Shown in pieces: positions 10,144-20,000 of a DNA stretch of 20,000 bases. Source of the stretch: Emiliania huxleyi CCMP1516 (Eukaryota); NCBI RefSeq assembly GCF_000372725.1, contig NW_005201102.1:303656-323655 (forward strand), given 5' to 3'. The position numbers were made by a program, and so were the translations under genes. Under the pieces are notes generated by a model. It was not told the DNA's origin. It saw only the letters and a list, made by a program, of their open reading frames with translations, and did no database searches. Within the stretch, counting starts at the first letter, position 1. Every line of letters begins with the position of its first letter.

Positions 10144-11512
10144 GTGGGAGGCGCGACTCATTGCGCATCCGTTCCTGGGGCGGCATCACAAGCGCTGCTG
10201 GGCTGCCGGGTTGGTCCTCGAGCCTCTGCTGTCACCAGTCGAAGCGGTGTCGGCGTCGAAGCGAGCCGAGGACCGCCGCGGCTCGGCAAACAGGGCGCCG
10301 TGTGTCGCCGCCTCGTCTTTCTTCTTTTCGCGAGAGAGCGGGAGCGTGAGCACGCGAGGCGTGGCGAGGACGCCTGAGGGGGACTGCCCGCAGGACAGCG
10401 GCGTCGCGTGTCCATGATCGCGGCGGCTCAGGCTCGCTTTTGCCCCAGGGCAAAGGTGGACACGTCCTGTGGTCGTGCGATGCCCCTCTGCGAGCCGCCG
10501 TTCACGGCGTCATTCCACACGCTCCCTTCTCGTTCTTAGATACACGTGATATCGTAGATAAGTTGTAACATAACCTTGATTTGACCATTTGCGCCATTTT
10601 GTCCCTCTCGGTGCATTCCAGAGGCAGCTGTGACCCCGCCGAGTGGACGGGGGCACTCAGCAGGTGGCGCGGTGTGCCGCCGTCCACTCGGCGGGGTCGC
10701 AGCTGCCTCTGCGCGTCCTGGGGAGGGACAAAAGTGTCGCCGCCGAAGGCGACTCGACGCCACCGAGATCGGAGATCAAGCTCTGACAGGTCGCACGTCG
10801 CTCCTTTGACGCCGACGTGACTCACCCGTGCAGATCACATCAGGACACGGTCTCGACACGCTCGGTACGACGCCTGCGACCCGTCTTGGGTCAGGTGGCA
10901 CGACGCTCATCGCGCCTGGCAGCGCTGCCGTGCAGGTTGCCACGACGAGGTCGAGCACGCTTCTATACGCTCGCCCAGCCTTCCTTTCCATCCCATTAGG
11001 TAGCCTGGGAGCGGTGGCGGTCAGAGGCAAAGCCTGCGAGGGGTGGTGGAACCACATGTCACGGCTACTGCCGGCTCGACCCACGATAGCCTCCGGAGGC
11101 TGACTTTGCGGCACCATCATCGGACGATGTCGACGAGTTGGGTCGCGCTCGCGGTAGCCAGATGACCCCTCATACTAGGAGCATCGGCCATGGCCGTAGG
11201 GAGCGCGGGGCAGGGCGCTGGGAGCAACACGGAGCTCCGTTGGACGCGTTTTCAAGATTAGCGTGTCAGAGTGAAATGGAACTAGCCAGACTTGAAAGAT
11301 TGAGATCACAGATTGTGGATCGTGTTGGCCGAGTTGCCAGGGAGCAGGGTCAAAGGTGGAGATTGGACTTTGGAGATGGAGAACACAGATCGTAGATCCT
11401 CGCGCCGGGCATCCACCACTGGGGCGTTCCGCTGTCGGGCGATCTCGTGATTAGTAAAGGCCCGTGTGTAGCTCTTACGAACATTCCCGAAGGAGGGCTG
11501 CTGACAGGGTTT

Positions 11513-11625
<113 letters not shown>

Positions 11626-11631
11626 CAGAAC

Positions 11632-12030
11632 AGGTGTGTATTCTTTTGCTTGGGCGGCCAGCATGCCGGTAGGTAGGGTAGGTCTGGGCCCTCCCGTCGG
11701 GTTTTTCCCTCTCTTCACGCCGGAATTTTCAGAAAAAAGAAATTTTCCGCGGAAATCACGACGTCAACCCTCCCCAAGTGGGTGATCTGGTGCTTGTAGG
11801 GCTTGAGAGTGGCCTGTCATGTCTCAGGAAGGACTGTGGTTGCAGGAGAGTACCACCAACCATCACTCTAGTTGGTATAGTACCCCACCTTCACCCGTCC
11901 CATGATTTCTTTTTTAGTTCCCATAAGTAGGGTTGGTAGGTAGGTAGGTAGGTAGGGGCACCGCAGGGGCCGGTCGGGTTTTTGCAGAATTTCAGCATGC
12001 TGGCCGCCCAAGCAAAAAGAATACACACCC
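11632..12030. mobile_element. MITE, 399 bp, ~35-bp TIRs, 8-bp TSD
   Basis: TIRs (A/G)GGTGTGTATTCTTTT(T)GCTTGGGCGGCCAGCATGC lie at 11632-11666 and 11995-12030. The TSD GCCAGAAC lies at 11624-11631 and 12031-12038. Confidence 0.92.
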
Positions 12031-12071
12031 GCCAGAACGGCGTAATAAAGCGAGAGAAGGACGCACGTCGA

Positions 12072-13132
12072 ATGCCGCATGCATGGCTCCGGGTCAACAC
12101 GACGTTGAACCACGCAGATCTCGCCCGCCTAGTGCCGGGTATACAGCCAGCCACCGACGAGGAGTGGTTGCAACGGCACCACACGGTTTTGCAGCTCAAG
12201 AAGACGGTTGCCAGTCATCATGCGCCGCTCTCGGCCAATCAGCAGAGGAGCACAGAGCAGTGGATACGGACCCTCGATCCTAGTCACGCGACGCTGGTGC
12301 AGATCGGAGCCAACCTGCACCAGAGCACGAGGGCCGCAGTGCGTGGCGCTCGGATGGCGTGCCCTCCTGCTTGAGCCCGCGCCGCCCATCTTTGCGAGGC
12401 TGCGCGCCAAGTATTCGAATCGCACGCGTTACCGGCGCGTGCGGACGGTGAACGCCGCGGTGTGCGACCAGTGTGGGTCGGAGCCGGTGCCGTTCTGGCA
12501 CGTGGACACGTCAAACGCGACAGGGAACTGGGGCTCTTTGCACGCTGATGCTAGGTGCCGACAGGGCCATCGGCAGGCGTGTGAGCAGGAGCGTGACCAA
12601 CGGCGAGCACGTCCGCCTCGAGGCGATCGACACCTTCATCTCCGAGATCTCATCGCTCAGCGCATCGCACCTCGTCCAGTTCCAACGGCTCTACACGACG
12701 CAACGCGGCCCGTGCGCCCTGTGCGGCCAGCTACTGGCGGGCCGTGCCTACGACGCCTCTTGCAGCTCGCGCGTCATCCGCGACAACATGCGCTCGACTA
12801 CCGTGCGCTGCTACTGCATGCAACAGGAGCTACCGTGGGAGCACGTCTCACTCTTGACCATTGGTGCGCACACACACTAGCGCCGCAGACGGGCCTGCGT
12901 CGCATATACTGACGCACGAGGGCCCCGCGCAGATGCGGAGGGTCACGACTACAGTGTGCTGTCTCAGTACCCGTTTGCCTCCAGTCCGGTCCAGCGGGTC
13001 GTCTTCGAGGCGACGCACATGCGCAACGTCGACTTCGATCGCGCTGCCGCGCTGCTCGATTCGCATGGCTTCGTCTTTCTGAAGGGCGGCTACAAGGCCG
13101 GTGACAACGTCTGGCACCACCCCGGACGTTGA
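12072..13132 (+). CDS. FkbM-family SAM-dependent methyltransferase-like gene, with intron 12864-12932 and two apparent frameshifts (possible pseudogene)
   Basis: The motifs LVQIGAN, GWRALLLEPAPPIFARLRAKY, VRTVNAAV and, across a GT-AG intron with a TACTGAC branch site, LLTI|DAEGHDYSVL...VVFEATHM...HGF appear in FkbM order. Frame changes occur near 12330 and 12560. Confidence 0.8.
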
Positions 13133-13319
13133 CTGCCAACCGGCCATGCGCGCCCGCCGGTGGGCGTCCATGCGGCGGAGCCGCCGCTAGAATTGTTTTG
13201 GGGCTGAGGCCCTGCCTCTCACTCGGAGAGCGTATCGATTTCCCCCCCAGAGGAGTGTTTTCCGTCGCGTGAGAAAAGTGTTGGTAGGGAAAGGGGGAGG
13301 AAGCTACAAAGGCTTGACT

Positions 13320-13550
13320 AATAGCCGCCGTCGGAGTGGAGCGTGCTCGAGGTGGCCGTCTGGCTCGAGCACCGCTCCCCGGCTCTCTCTCGCACGCCTC
13401 GATCTCACCGAGCGCGCCGCCCTGCGCGCGACTATGAGCAAGGAGAAGATGGACGGCGTCTCCCTCGCTCTGTGCGCGGAGTTCGAGCTCCTGCTCAAGC
13501 TGGGCGTAGCCGCAGGTGGCCGCAGTCCCTCGCACTATCATGACGGGTAA
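13320..13550 (+). CDS. Possible exon of a hypothetical gene
   Basis: Protein-like RLDLTERAALRATMSKEKMDGVSLALCAEFELLLKLG with GC3-rich codons, ending near a GTAAAC donor-like site. Structure unresolved. Confidence 0.25.
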   Translation, partial: NSRRRSGACSRWPSGSSTAPRLSLARLDLTERAALRATMSKEKMDGVSLALCAEFELLLKLGVAAGGRSPSHYHDG

Positions 13551-14202
13551 ACTCCCACATAGGCTCATCGCGTTTGGAGACGCAGGGGTAGCCAGGGTAG
13601 CCCCAAACTCGTGGTCAGATTTAACCCACCTCGCCTCGGCCGCGCAGGCTCCGCGGTGCAGGTGGCCCGCGCGGTCGAGCAGCTGCTGGTAGCGAAGCCT
13701 CCCGAGTTCGCTGGGCGTAGCACAAACAACGGACGACCCTCCGGCTAACTAAACTGGGTTGACGGCCGGCAGATCCATTGGGCGAGGGAGCGAGCGGGCG
13801 TCGCGTGACGCGTCACACCCCTCAGCCTCTCACCGATGGCAGAGCGTATGGGCTGCGCAAAAATCGCCTTGGAGCACTTGGAGTGCAGTCATTAACCTCA
13901 CATCCAGGGCCGGGGAGCTAAGAAGCGCACCCAGCGGGCCGGATGATCGGCATCGGGTTACGGGCTAGAGAGCCCTAGCCCTGGGGGGGTGCGCGTTCGC
14001 AGGGAAAGGGCCGTAAAGTAAACACGGGTCTCCGACGGTTAGTTCCGTGTACCGGGTTTCCCCTTAACTGCAGAACGCCCCCTCTACTCGGAGCTAACGG
14101 ACACACAACACTGTACTCCACGCACGTACACGGATACGCTGGAGATTGGTTTTTTTTTAAAGGCAGAGGGTGCCGTGTTTGTGCTCTGCATCCCGCATCG
14201 CG

Positions 14203-15201
14203 ATGGGAGCCTGCGGCAGCAAACAAAAGCTGGCGCACAATCGAGCCACCGCCGCCAACCAGATATTGGACGCACAGTACGAAGCCCACATCCAGGATCT
14301 GGAGACCCGGCTCGAGGAAGCGGAGCGAGCGGCGCGGCAAGCGCAGGACGAGGTAGCAGAATATAAAGTCCAGGCACAGTTGGCCAGTAGCGCGGCGCTA
14401 TCGGCGCAGGTCGCCGCGCTCGAGGTGCGGCTCAAGGAGTATGAGGCGCCGAGCACGCCCCTTGCCGTCTCCCCTCCTTTCCGGAGCCTTGTCCCGTCGG
14501 CCGATCCGTTCGGTCCCCTGGATGGTGGCTCGCCGTCGGCCGATGCAGCGGCCGACGATCGGAAGCGGCGGGCGGCGCTCGCGACACGCGTGCAGGCGTG
14601 CTACCGGGGCCACTACGCGCGGGCAAAGCTCGAGGCGGCGCAGCTCGAGGAGCGACAGGCGTCGCTCTCGCGGCAGAAGGCGGAGGCGCGGCTGCGCGGG
14701 CTGCATGCCAAGCAGGCGCTGTCCCCCCGCGGCGAGGGCGAGGGCGAGGGCGGCGAGGCAGGCGCGGAGGCGGCGGAGGCGGCGGTGGCGGAGGCGGCGG
14801 TGGCGGTGGCGAGGCTGCAGCGGGAGGAGGCGGAGGTCGCGGCAACAGACCTTGTCAATAAAGCTCCTCCCTACAGCCTCCCAGGAACGCCATGGGCATG
14901 TCGAGAGTGCCACTTGAAGCAAGTACGTCTCTGTCGTGAGAGTAGGCGATGCGAGAGGCGGAGGCGGAGGCGGAGGCGGAGAAGGCTGTCGCGGCGGAGG
15001 CTGCTCAGCAGAAGCCTTGGGAGCCGTGTCTGACTCCGCGAGGAGCGGCCACGCGGGAGAAGGCAAAGGCATACGCCGAAGACGCGTGGGAGAGGGCGCG
15101 GCGTCCCGCGCGAGGGCGACGAGTTGTGCAGATCGGCGCTGCTCAGCGCATTGCCATGTGGTCAGGCGAGGCGCGACTCCCAGGCGAGGCGCGCAGCTCT
15201 C
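14203..15201 (+). CDS. Coiled-coil protein with predicted N-myristoylation/palmitoylation (MGACGS) and an IQ calmodulin-binding motif; likely intron ~14863-14945; 3' end runs toward the gap
   Basis: MGACGSK start, heptad-rich QDLETRLEEAERAARQAQDEV, and IQ-like ATRVQACYRGHYAR. AMREAEAEAE... continues in frame after the AG at 14945, but the donor site is weak. Confidence 0.7.
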
Positions 15202-15301
15202 NNNNNNNNNNNNNNNNNNNNNNNNNNNNNNNNNNNNNNNNNNNNNNNNNNNNNNNNNNNNNNNNNNNNNNNNNNNNNNNNNNNNNNNNNNNNNNNNNNN
15301 N
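15202..15301. other. Assembly gap
   Basis: N run. Confidence 1.
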
Positions 15302-15634
15302 TCCAATCTCCAATCTCGTGGGGGAGGCGTGTCAGGGGGGGGATCGACGTCCTTCCAAGGGGATGCTCTTTTCCTTTCACACCTTCAAGCGGATCTCCAC
15401 CCTCTTTTCGCGCCATTTTGCAATCTCCAGTCGGCCACACGGTTCTCGAGGCGCCTTTGGCGTGAAGTCAACATCTCCGTCTCCGGCCTGAGATCTCGAG
15501 GTGCCGATGGCGGCAGCTCAAGATCTCTATCTTCAGTTAAAATTTCTGAGTTTTGTGAGAGATGCTGTGTGTGGAAGATCTCTGATCGGCATCTACGATC
15601 TCCACTCAACAAATCTACTGGTGTATGGCGCGAG

Positions 15635-15702
15635 ACGGATCTCCTCGAGCGTCCGTCTCGAGTCTGGCCGGAGACTCGAGACGGACGCTCGAGGAGGTCC
15701 GT
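15635..15702. repeat. Long inverted repeat / hairpin (perfect 25-bp arms, 6-nt loop)
   Basis: CTCCTCGAGCGTCCGTCTCGAGTCT (15641-15665) and its exact reverse complement (15672-15696). The arms extend to 31 bp with one mismatch. Confidence 0.97.
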
Positions 15703-15807
15703 GGGGAGGTCGAGGAGGCGGGCGGGCGGCGGCGTGTCTGGCGAGGGAGCGGCGGCGGAGGAGGCGGTGGCGAGGCGGCGCGAGCGGCGCCGCGGCGGGG
15801 CAGACAT
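15685..15807 (-). pseudogene. 5' fragment of an F-box-like gene
   Basis: MSAPPRRRSRRLA...RLLDLPTDLLER resembles an F-box start (LxxLPxEll) and breaks off in the hairpin. Confidence 0.5.
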
Positions 15808-16632
15808 CGCGAGAAAAAGAATTTAAACATGAATCTATGTGTTTTTGTGTGTGTGTGGACGCGAGAATAGCTCCGCCGTTCATGGAGGCAACCGATGCGA
15901 GTCGACTGGTGTGTGCGTCGTCGTGGCACTGGGTTTCGTATCAAGAATACTCACTCACAACAACTCTATCTCACAGCAGACAGGCTCGAACAGGTGCGAA
16001 CTGGCGCGTGCTAGCACTATCACAGGCACACCACCGGAGCCGCCTAAGCCTTAGCGGCTAAGCGACTCCGTTATAAGAACGGCAATGCACTTAGCTCCGT
16101 GCACAAATGCCGCTCTCCCCGCACGCTAGCTCGTTCACCGTCTGCCACGCCACGGCGGCGTGGAGAACGACAGACAAGCGCTGCATCTGCAGCCCGTGCC
16201 AGTTCTTGGTGGTCCATGTGACCTGCAGCATCCCAGTGACCTATTGTAATCGAGGATGCCCCAGCCAATGCCATCGTAACAGCAATCAGGATCGATATAC
16301 TGCTCTTCGTCGGTTCCGATACTCATGGATCGGGATGCTTGTCTCCGCAGTTAATACACGTGCAGGTTCGTGCAGCCTTTGCGGAGGTGCCGCACCGGCC
16401 TCCGAGTTCACGGTGCTCACGCGTCTGCATGCAAGACTTTCTTCGCCGTAGCGTGCGAGCCGACGACGTGCGGCGGAGCGTTTTGTGAGTGATAAAAGAA
16501 AAATAACTTGCGTGTGTGACGTGGAATTCACGCAGCGAGGCGGCTGCGCCCCGGGTCCGGCCCAGCCTGGCGAAGCCGCAAAATCCGGCAACCCCGCAGC
16601 CGCTGGCGCAAACTTGCGGAGTGTGTCGCTCG

Positions 16633-16678
16633 GAAAAGAAAGAAAGAAGAAAACAGACAACCCAAGGGAGGGATGGGA
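16633..16678 (-). mobile_element. 46-bp 5'-truncated retroelement insertion, family B copy 2, with 14-bp TSD
   Basis: Flanked by GAGTGTGTCGCTCG at 16619-16632 and 16679-16692. The insert matches 2652-2697. Confidence 0.9.
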
Positions 16679-16978
16679 GAGTGTGTCGCTCGTACCGCTA
16701 CGACCGAAAGTTCGTTTTACTTACTCTCGTGAGCTGTGAACAGACGCACTTGCCTTCGGGGGCAAGTATCCGCTAGGTTGGGCGTGCTTTCACAGCCTCA
16801 CGCGAGTACGTTTTACTTGTTGCCGCCGCGCCGCGCACTTGTCTGGTTGGCTCGATTGCGAACCCCTGGGCCGAGGCACAGCTTGTGCGACTCGCCACTC
16901 TCGCCATTCTAGTTGTGGAGGCAAAGCGTTTGGCTGGTTGTGCCCAGCTCCGCGTTCTTGCTGCTCGCGGGCGTCCAC

Positions 16979-17719
16979 ATGAAGCCGATGATGGCAAGCC
17001 AGGGCACTCTCGTGCTGCATGGTGGGTCGGGTGCCCAGAGGTGCGTCCACGACCCCAGTATTAGGGCGATCGATGGTGTGCCCATCGCGGCGCAGTGCTG
17101 TGACGGAGCAGTCTGCAGGCGCCGGACAAGCCCCAGCAACAGCGACTGCATTGCCGGCCTATATGGGACCGGCTCTTTTCGTCGGACCACGTGGGCTGAC
17201 GCGGCGCAAGAGTGCAGGTCGCGGGAGCTCACGCTCTGCGACAGCAGCTGCAGAAACACCGGCTGCAACTACAACGCCGTCTGGGTCTGGACAAGTCTCG
17301 CGTGCCCGCTGCCGCTGCCGCTGCCACCACCGCCAATATCACAATCTTCGTCACCGCCGACGCCAACAGCACTTTCACCCCCGCCACCAGCGCTTCAAGC
17401 GCAACCACTTGTGTTTCCCGCCCAGGGCACTCTCGTGCTGCATGGTGGGTCGGGTGCCCAGAGGTGCGTCCACGACCCCAGTATTAGGGCGATCGATGGT
17501 GTGCCCATCGCGGCGCAGTGCTGTGACGGAGCAGTCTGCAGGCGCCGGACAAGCCCCAGCAACAGCGACTGCATTGCCGGCCTATATGGGACCGGCTCTT
17601 TTCGTCGGACCACGTGGGCTGACGCGGCGCAAGAGTGCAGGTCGCAGGAGCTCACGCTCTGCGACAGCAGCTGCAGAGACACCGGCTGCAACTACAACGC
17701 CGTCTGGGTCTGGACATAG
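16979..17719 (+). CDS. Cys-rich, probably extracellular protein with two ~98-aa modules separated by a Pro/Ser linker; 3'-truncated; true start uncertain
   Basis: Module ...AQCC...CRR...DCIAG...TWADAAQEC...LTLC...CRNTGCNYNAVWVWT. The DNA repeat 16999-17293 / 17422-17716 differs at only 2 positions. Confidence 0.75.
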   Translation: MKPMMASQGTLVLHGGSGAQRCVHDPSIRAIDGVPIAAQCCDGAVCRRRTSPSNSDCIAGLYGTGSFRRTTWADAAQECRSRELTLCDSSCRNTGCNYNAVWVWTSLACPLPLPLPPPPISQSSSPPTPTALSPPPPALQAQPLVFPAQGTLVLHGGSGAQRCVHDPSIRAIDGVPIAAQCCDGAVCRRRTSPSNSDCIAGLYGTGSFRRTTWADAAQECRSQELTLCDSSCRDTGCNYNAVWVWT

Positions 17720-17775
17720 CAATAAATAAATAAATACAACGGACACGCCAAACGAGGGGTGGGAGAAGGACAGGG
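17717..17775 (-). mobile_element. Diverged family B retroelement 3' end with (TTTA)n tail; inner boundary unknown
   Basis: AACGGACACGCCAAACGAGGGGTGGGAGAA aligns without gaps to AACAGACAACCCAAGGGAGGGATGGGAGGA (23/30) and is preceded by (AAAT)n. Confidence 0.65.
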
Positions 17776-17941
17776 TCCCCACCTGCACAAGCAGGATCTT
17801 GTAGGACGATCAGGGACACAGGGGAACGGGAGCGGGGAGCGCATCGCGACATGCGCTAGCCTGTGTGCTGTGAGAGAGAGTTGTTTTCTTTAAATTCTTT
17901 TTGCTGCTTTGTCTCACGCGCCGCGGAGAGGTGCACCTGCA

Positions 17942-19331
17942 ATGAGCGCCCAACGTTGCACGGACTTTGCCGAGCTGACGCGGTGGACCGAGGCCGAGCT
18001 GCGCGACGAGATCAATGAGCGCCACGGGATGGTTCGAGTAAACCAAACGCACGGCATGCTCGTCAATTGCCTCTGCAACATCCGGCATGCGCAGCGGGCC
18101 AGCGAGTTGCGCCGACAGGAGTCGCATCTTGCGATTGCCTTTGCCAGCCTGCCCCTCGATCTCACCATGCGTTCCTTCCATAGCGGGCTGTCGCTAGCGC
18201 GCAAGGCGGCGGAGAAGGGCTGCCTCCGCGGTACGACGACACGCTCGTTAAGACGAGATCATGTGAAATCCGCACCCGCCTCGCCAACTAGTCGCCCCTA
18301 ACCAACTTCCTTCCTCCTCGTAGACGAGTGCTCTAACTGCTGCTCGCTGCTGAAGACCAAGAAGCTGTACTGCAACACAGAGTGCGCTCCCGCCGAGTGC
18401 TAAGTGCTGCAGAGGAGGAGGGGAGCGAGTGACCTCAACCCCTTGCCACAGTTGCCAAAGAGAGTTTGAACTGCGATCCGCCGACGATAACGGCCGGTCG
18501 CTGCGGGCGCGGACGCTCAAGCAAAGCGGCTACAAGTGCAGTAATTGCGACATCAAGGTTGCTGGAAGCCAGGTCCTCGGCCCTTGCGCATGCGCCATGC
18601 TGCGGCTTCTGCTCACCCTCCTCCTGCAACCAGGGGCTCATCTCAAAGGCGAACAAGCACGTTGAGTCCACCCTCGCGCCGAGTGCGAGCCTGGCTGACT
18701 ACAAGGCAGCCTACACCTCCTACTTCAAGAGCAGCCCGGATTTTAAGGTCGCGCGGCTAGCCCCCTTCGTCCGCCTGCACAAGGAGAAAATGCGCATACA
18801 GAGGGGCTCGCTTCTGCATGTGAGAGCGTGCGGCCCTGAAGCCTAAAGCGGGGCGCCTCCTTCAGTACTCTCCACTTTGATCAGGCGGACCACATCCTCG
18901 CGGTTCGCTTTGGGGGCGGCTGCGCTGGGCTCGACAACATGCAGAGCCTGTGCGCGTTCTGTCACAAGAACAAGTCGGCGGCTGAGGCGGTGGAGGCGGC
19001 GCGTAGGCGCCGAATGGGAGGTGCGCCGCAGCCTCCACAGCCGCCGCCGCTGCCGCCGCCACTGCCGCAGTCGCAGCTGCTGCAGCCACAGCAGCAGTCG
19101 CCTCCGGCGCCGCAGCCCGTCCCCACCACACTAGGAGTGGCGGCGCAGGAGCAGCCCACCCCAGTCGCGCCCGAGCCGCGCCAGTGCATGTTCTGCACGC
19201 GCACGTGCGCGCCCGGCACACAGCCACGAAATGGCAAGCGCTGGAGGACATGTTGCCAGCTTTGTGGTGTGTCAAAGGAACACGGGTACATGGGTGCACA
19301 CACTTTGGCGTGCGATCACAGGGCGAACTAG
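17942..19331 (+). CDS. HNH endonuclease (ZRANB3 C-terminal-like) with Cys/His clusters, ~361 aa. Exons 17942-18230, 18324-18381, 18452-18557, 18634-18819, 18885-19331
   Basis: Four short GT-AG introns (93, 70, 76, 65 bp) with consistent phases give ...CSNC...YCNTDCQREFELRS...LRARTLKQSGYKCSNCD...LLH|ADHILAVRFGGGCAGLDNMQSLCAFCHKNKSAAE, a canonical HNH signature. Confidence 0.85.
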
Positions 19332-19527
19332 AAACGCGTATTTTGCTGGTCTACCGGGTCCGGCATTTATTTTATTTCGAGGAACCCCCACGGGTCGGTG
19401 GTGCCCCTTATAGCCCTAGGAGCACCCCGGTGTTCGATTTCCGTCAAAACCGAGGAACCTCTTAGCGTCATCGCCATGGTGCTGCAAGCAGCGCCGGGCA
19501 ACGACGGCTTACCGCCTCTGGCCTAAC

Positions 19528-19666
19528 GTAAGGTAAGGTAAGGTAAGGTAAATTTCTCCACACACACGAGGTGGTGGGGCAAGGAGGGGCAACCCTCGCA
19601 TCTCCACGTCTAACGACAGGAGCCCCACGGCATTTAAAGTGCAAGGCCCGGTGCGCGTGGGTGAGC

Positions 19667-19727
<61 letters not shown>
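19528..19727 (-). mobile_element. Retroelement 3' end, family A copy 2 (may extend to the window end)
   Basis: (GGTAA)n at 19528-19551, a core ~90% identical to 631-748, and (TG)n at 19668-19725. Confidence 0.85.
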
Positions 19728-19731
<4 letters not shown>

Positions 19732-20000
19732 GACTGTGTCTGTGCGTCTGTGGGGGATACTCCGAGCTGCCCTTGTGGTCAGAGACGCACCCCACCAGCG
19801 ATGAGCTCTCATGACTGCTTGCCACGCGGCACTAGCTCCGAACTGTCCAGCTCCGAGCGCCTGACCTCTCTCCGGCGGACATAGACCAAGTGTGCACTCC
19901 GACACCCCACAAGCAGAGACCGCATGCTCCCAGTACTTCACCCTGGCGGTGAACGATGGAGGCTACCATCAGGGAGGCCCTCTACTCTACGAACTTGAAC

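Noticed and set aside
7766..10189. Long ORFs (up to 483 aa) in the satellite
   Set aside because: High GC suppresses stop codons, and unit indels shift frames from copy to copy.
15830..16500. Short Cys-rich ORFs on both strands
   Set aside because: No motif, consistent codon bias or splice structure could be supported.
17942..19331. IscB/Cas9/Fanzor-type RNA-guided nuclease
   Set aside because: No RuvC motifs or bridge helix were recognised, only the HNH domain and Cys/His clusters.

Overview
GC-rich eukaryotic genomic DNA with three assembly gaps. The many GC-AG introns and microsatellite-rich introns suggest a haptophyte such as Emiliania/Gephyrocapsa huxleyi (inference). Most ORFs in the supplied track are spurious, and the real genes only appear after splicing by hand. 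These are an RMDN/PTPIP51-like gene (2852-5164, four GC-AG introns), an FkbM-type methyltransferase (12072-13132), an N-acylated IQ-motif coiled-coil protein (from 14203), a Cys-rich repeat protein truncated by an insertion (to 17719), and a 5-exon stand-alone HNH endonuclease with Cys/His clusters (17942-19331). Mobile DNA is dense: a 1.57-kb hAT-like TIR element carrying a chimeric chromodomain ORF, a 399-bp MITE with an 8-bp TSD, two retroelement 3'-end families with three copies each, and a ~380-bp hairpin-rich satellite. The most notable observations are introns whose 5' ends copy the next exon's start, an intron whose acceptor and candidate branch point lie in a retroelement tail, the cargo-carrying TIR element and the cryptic HNH gene.
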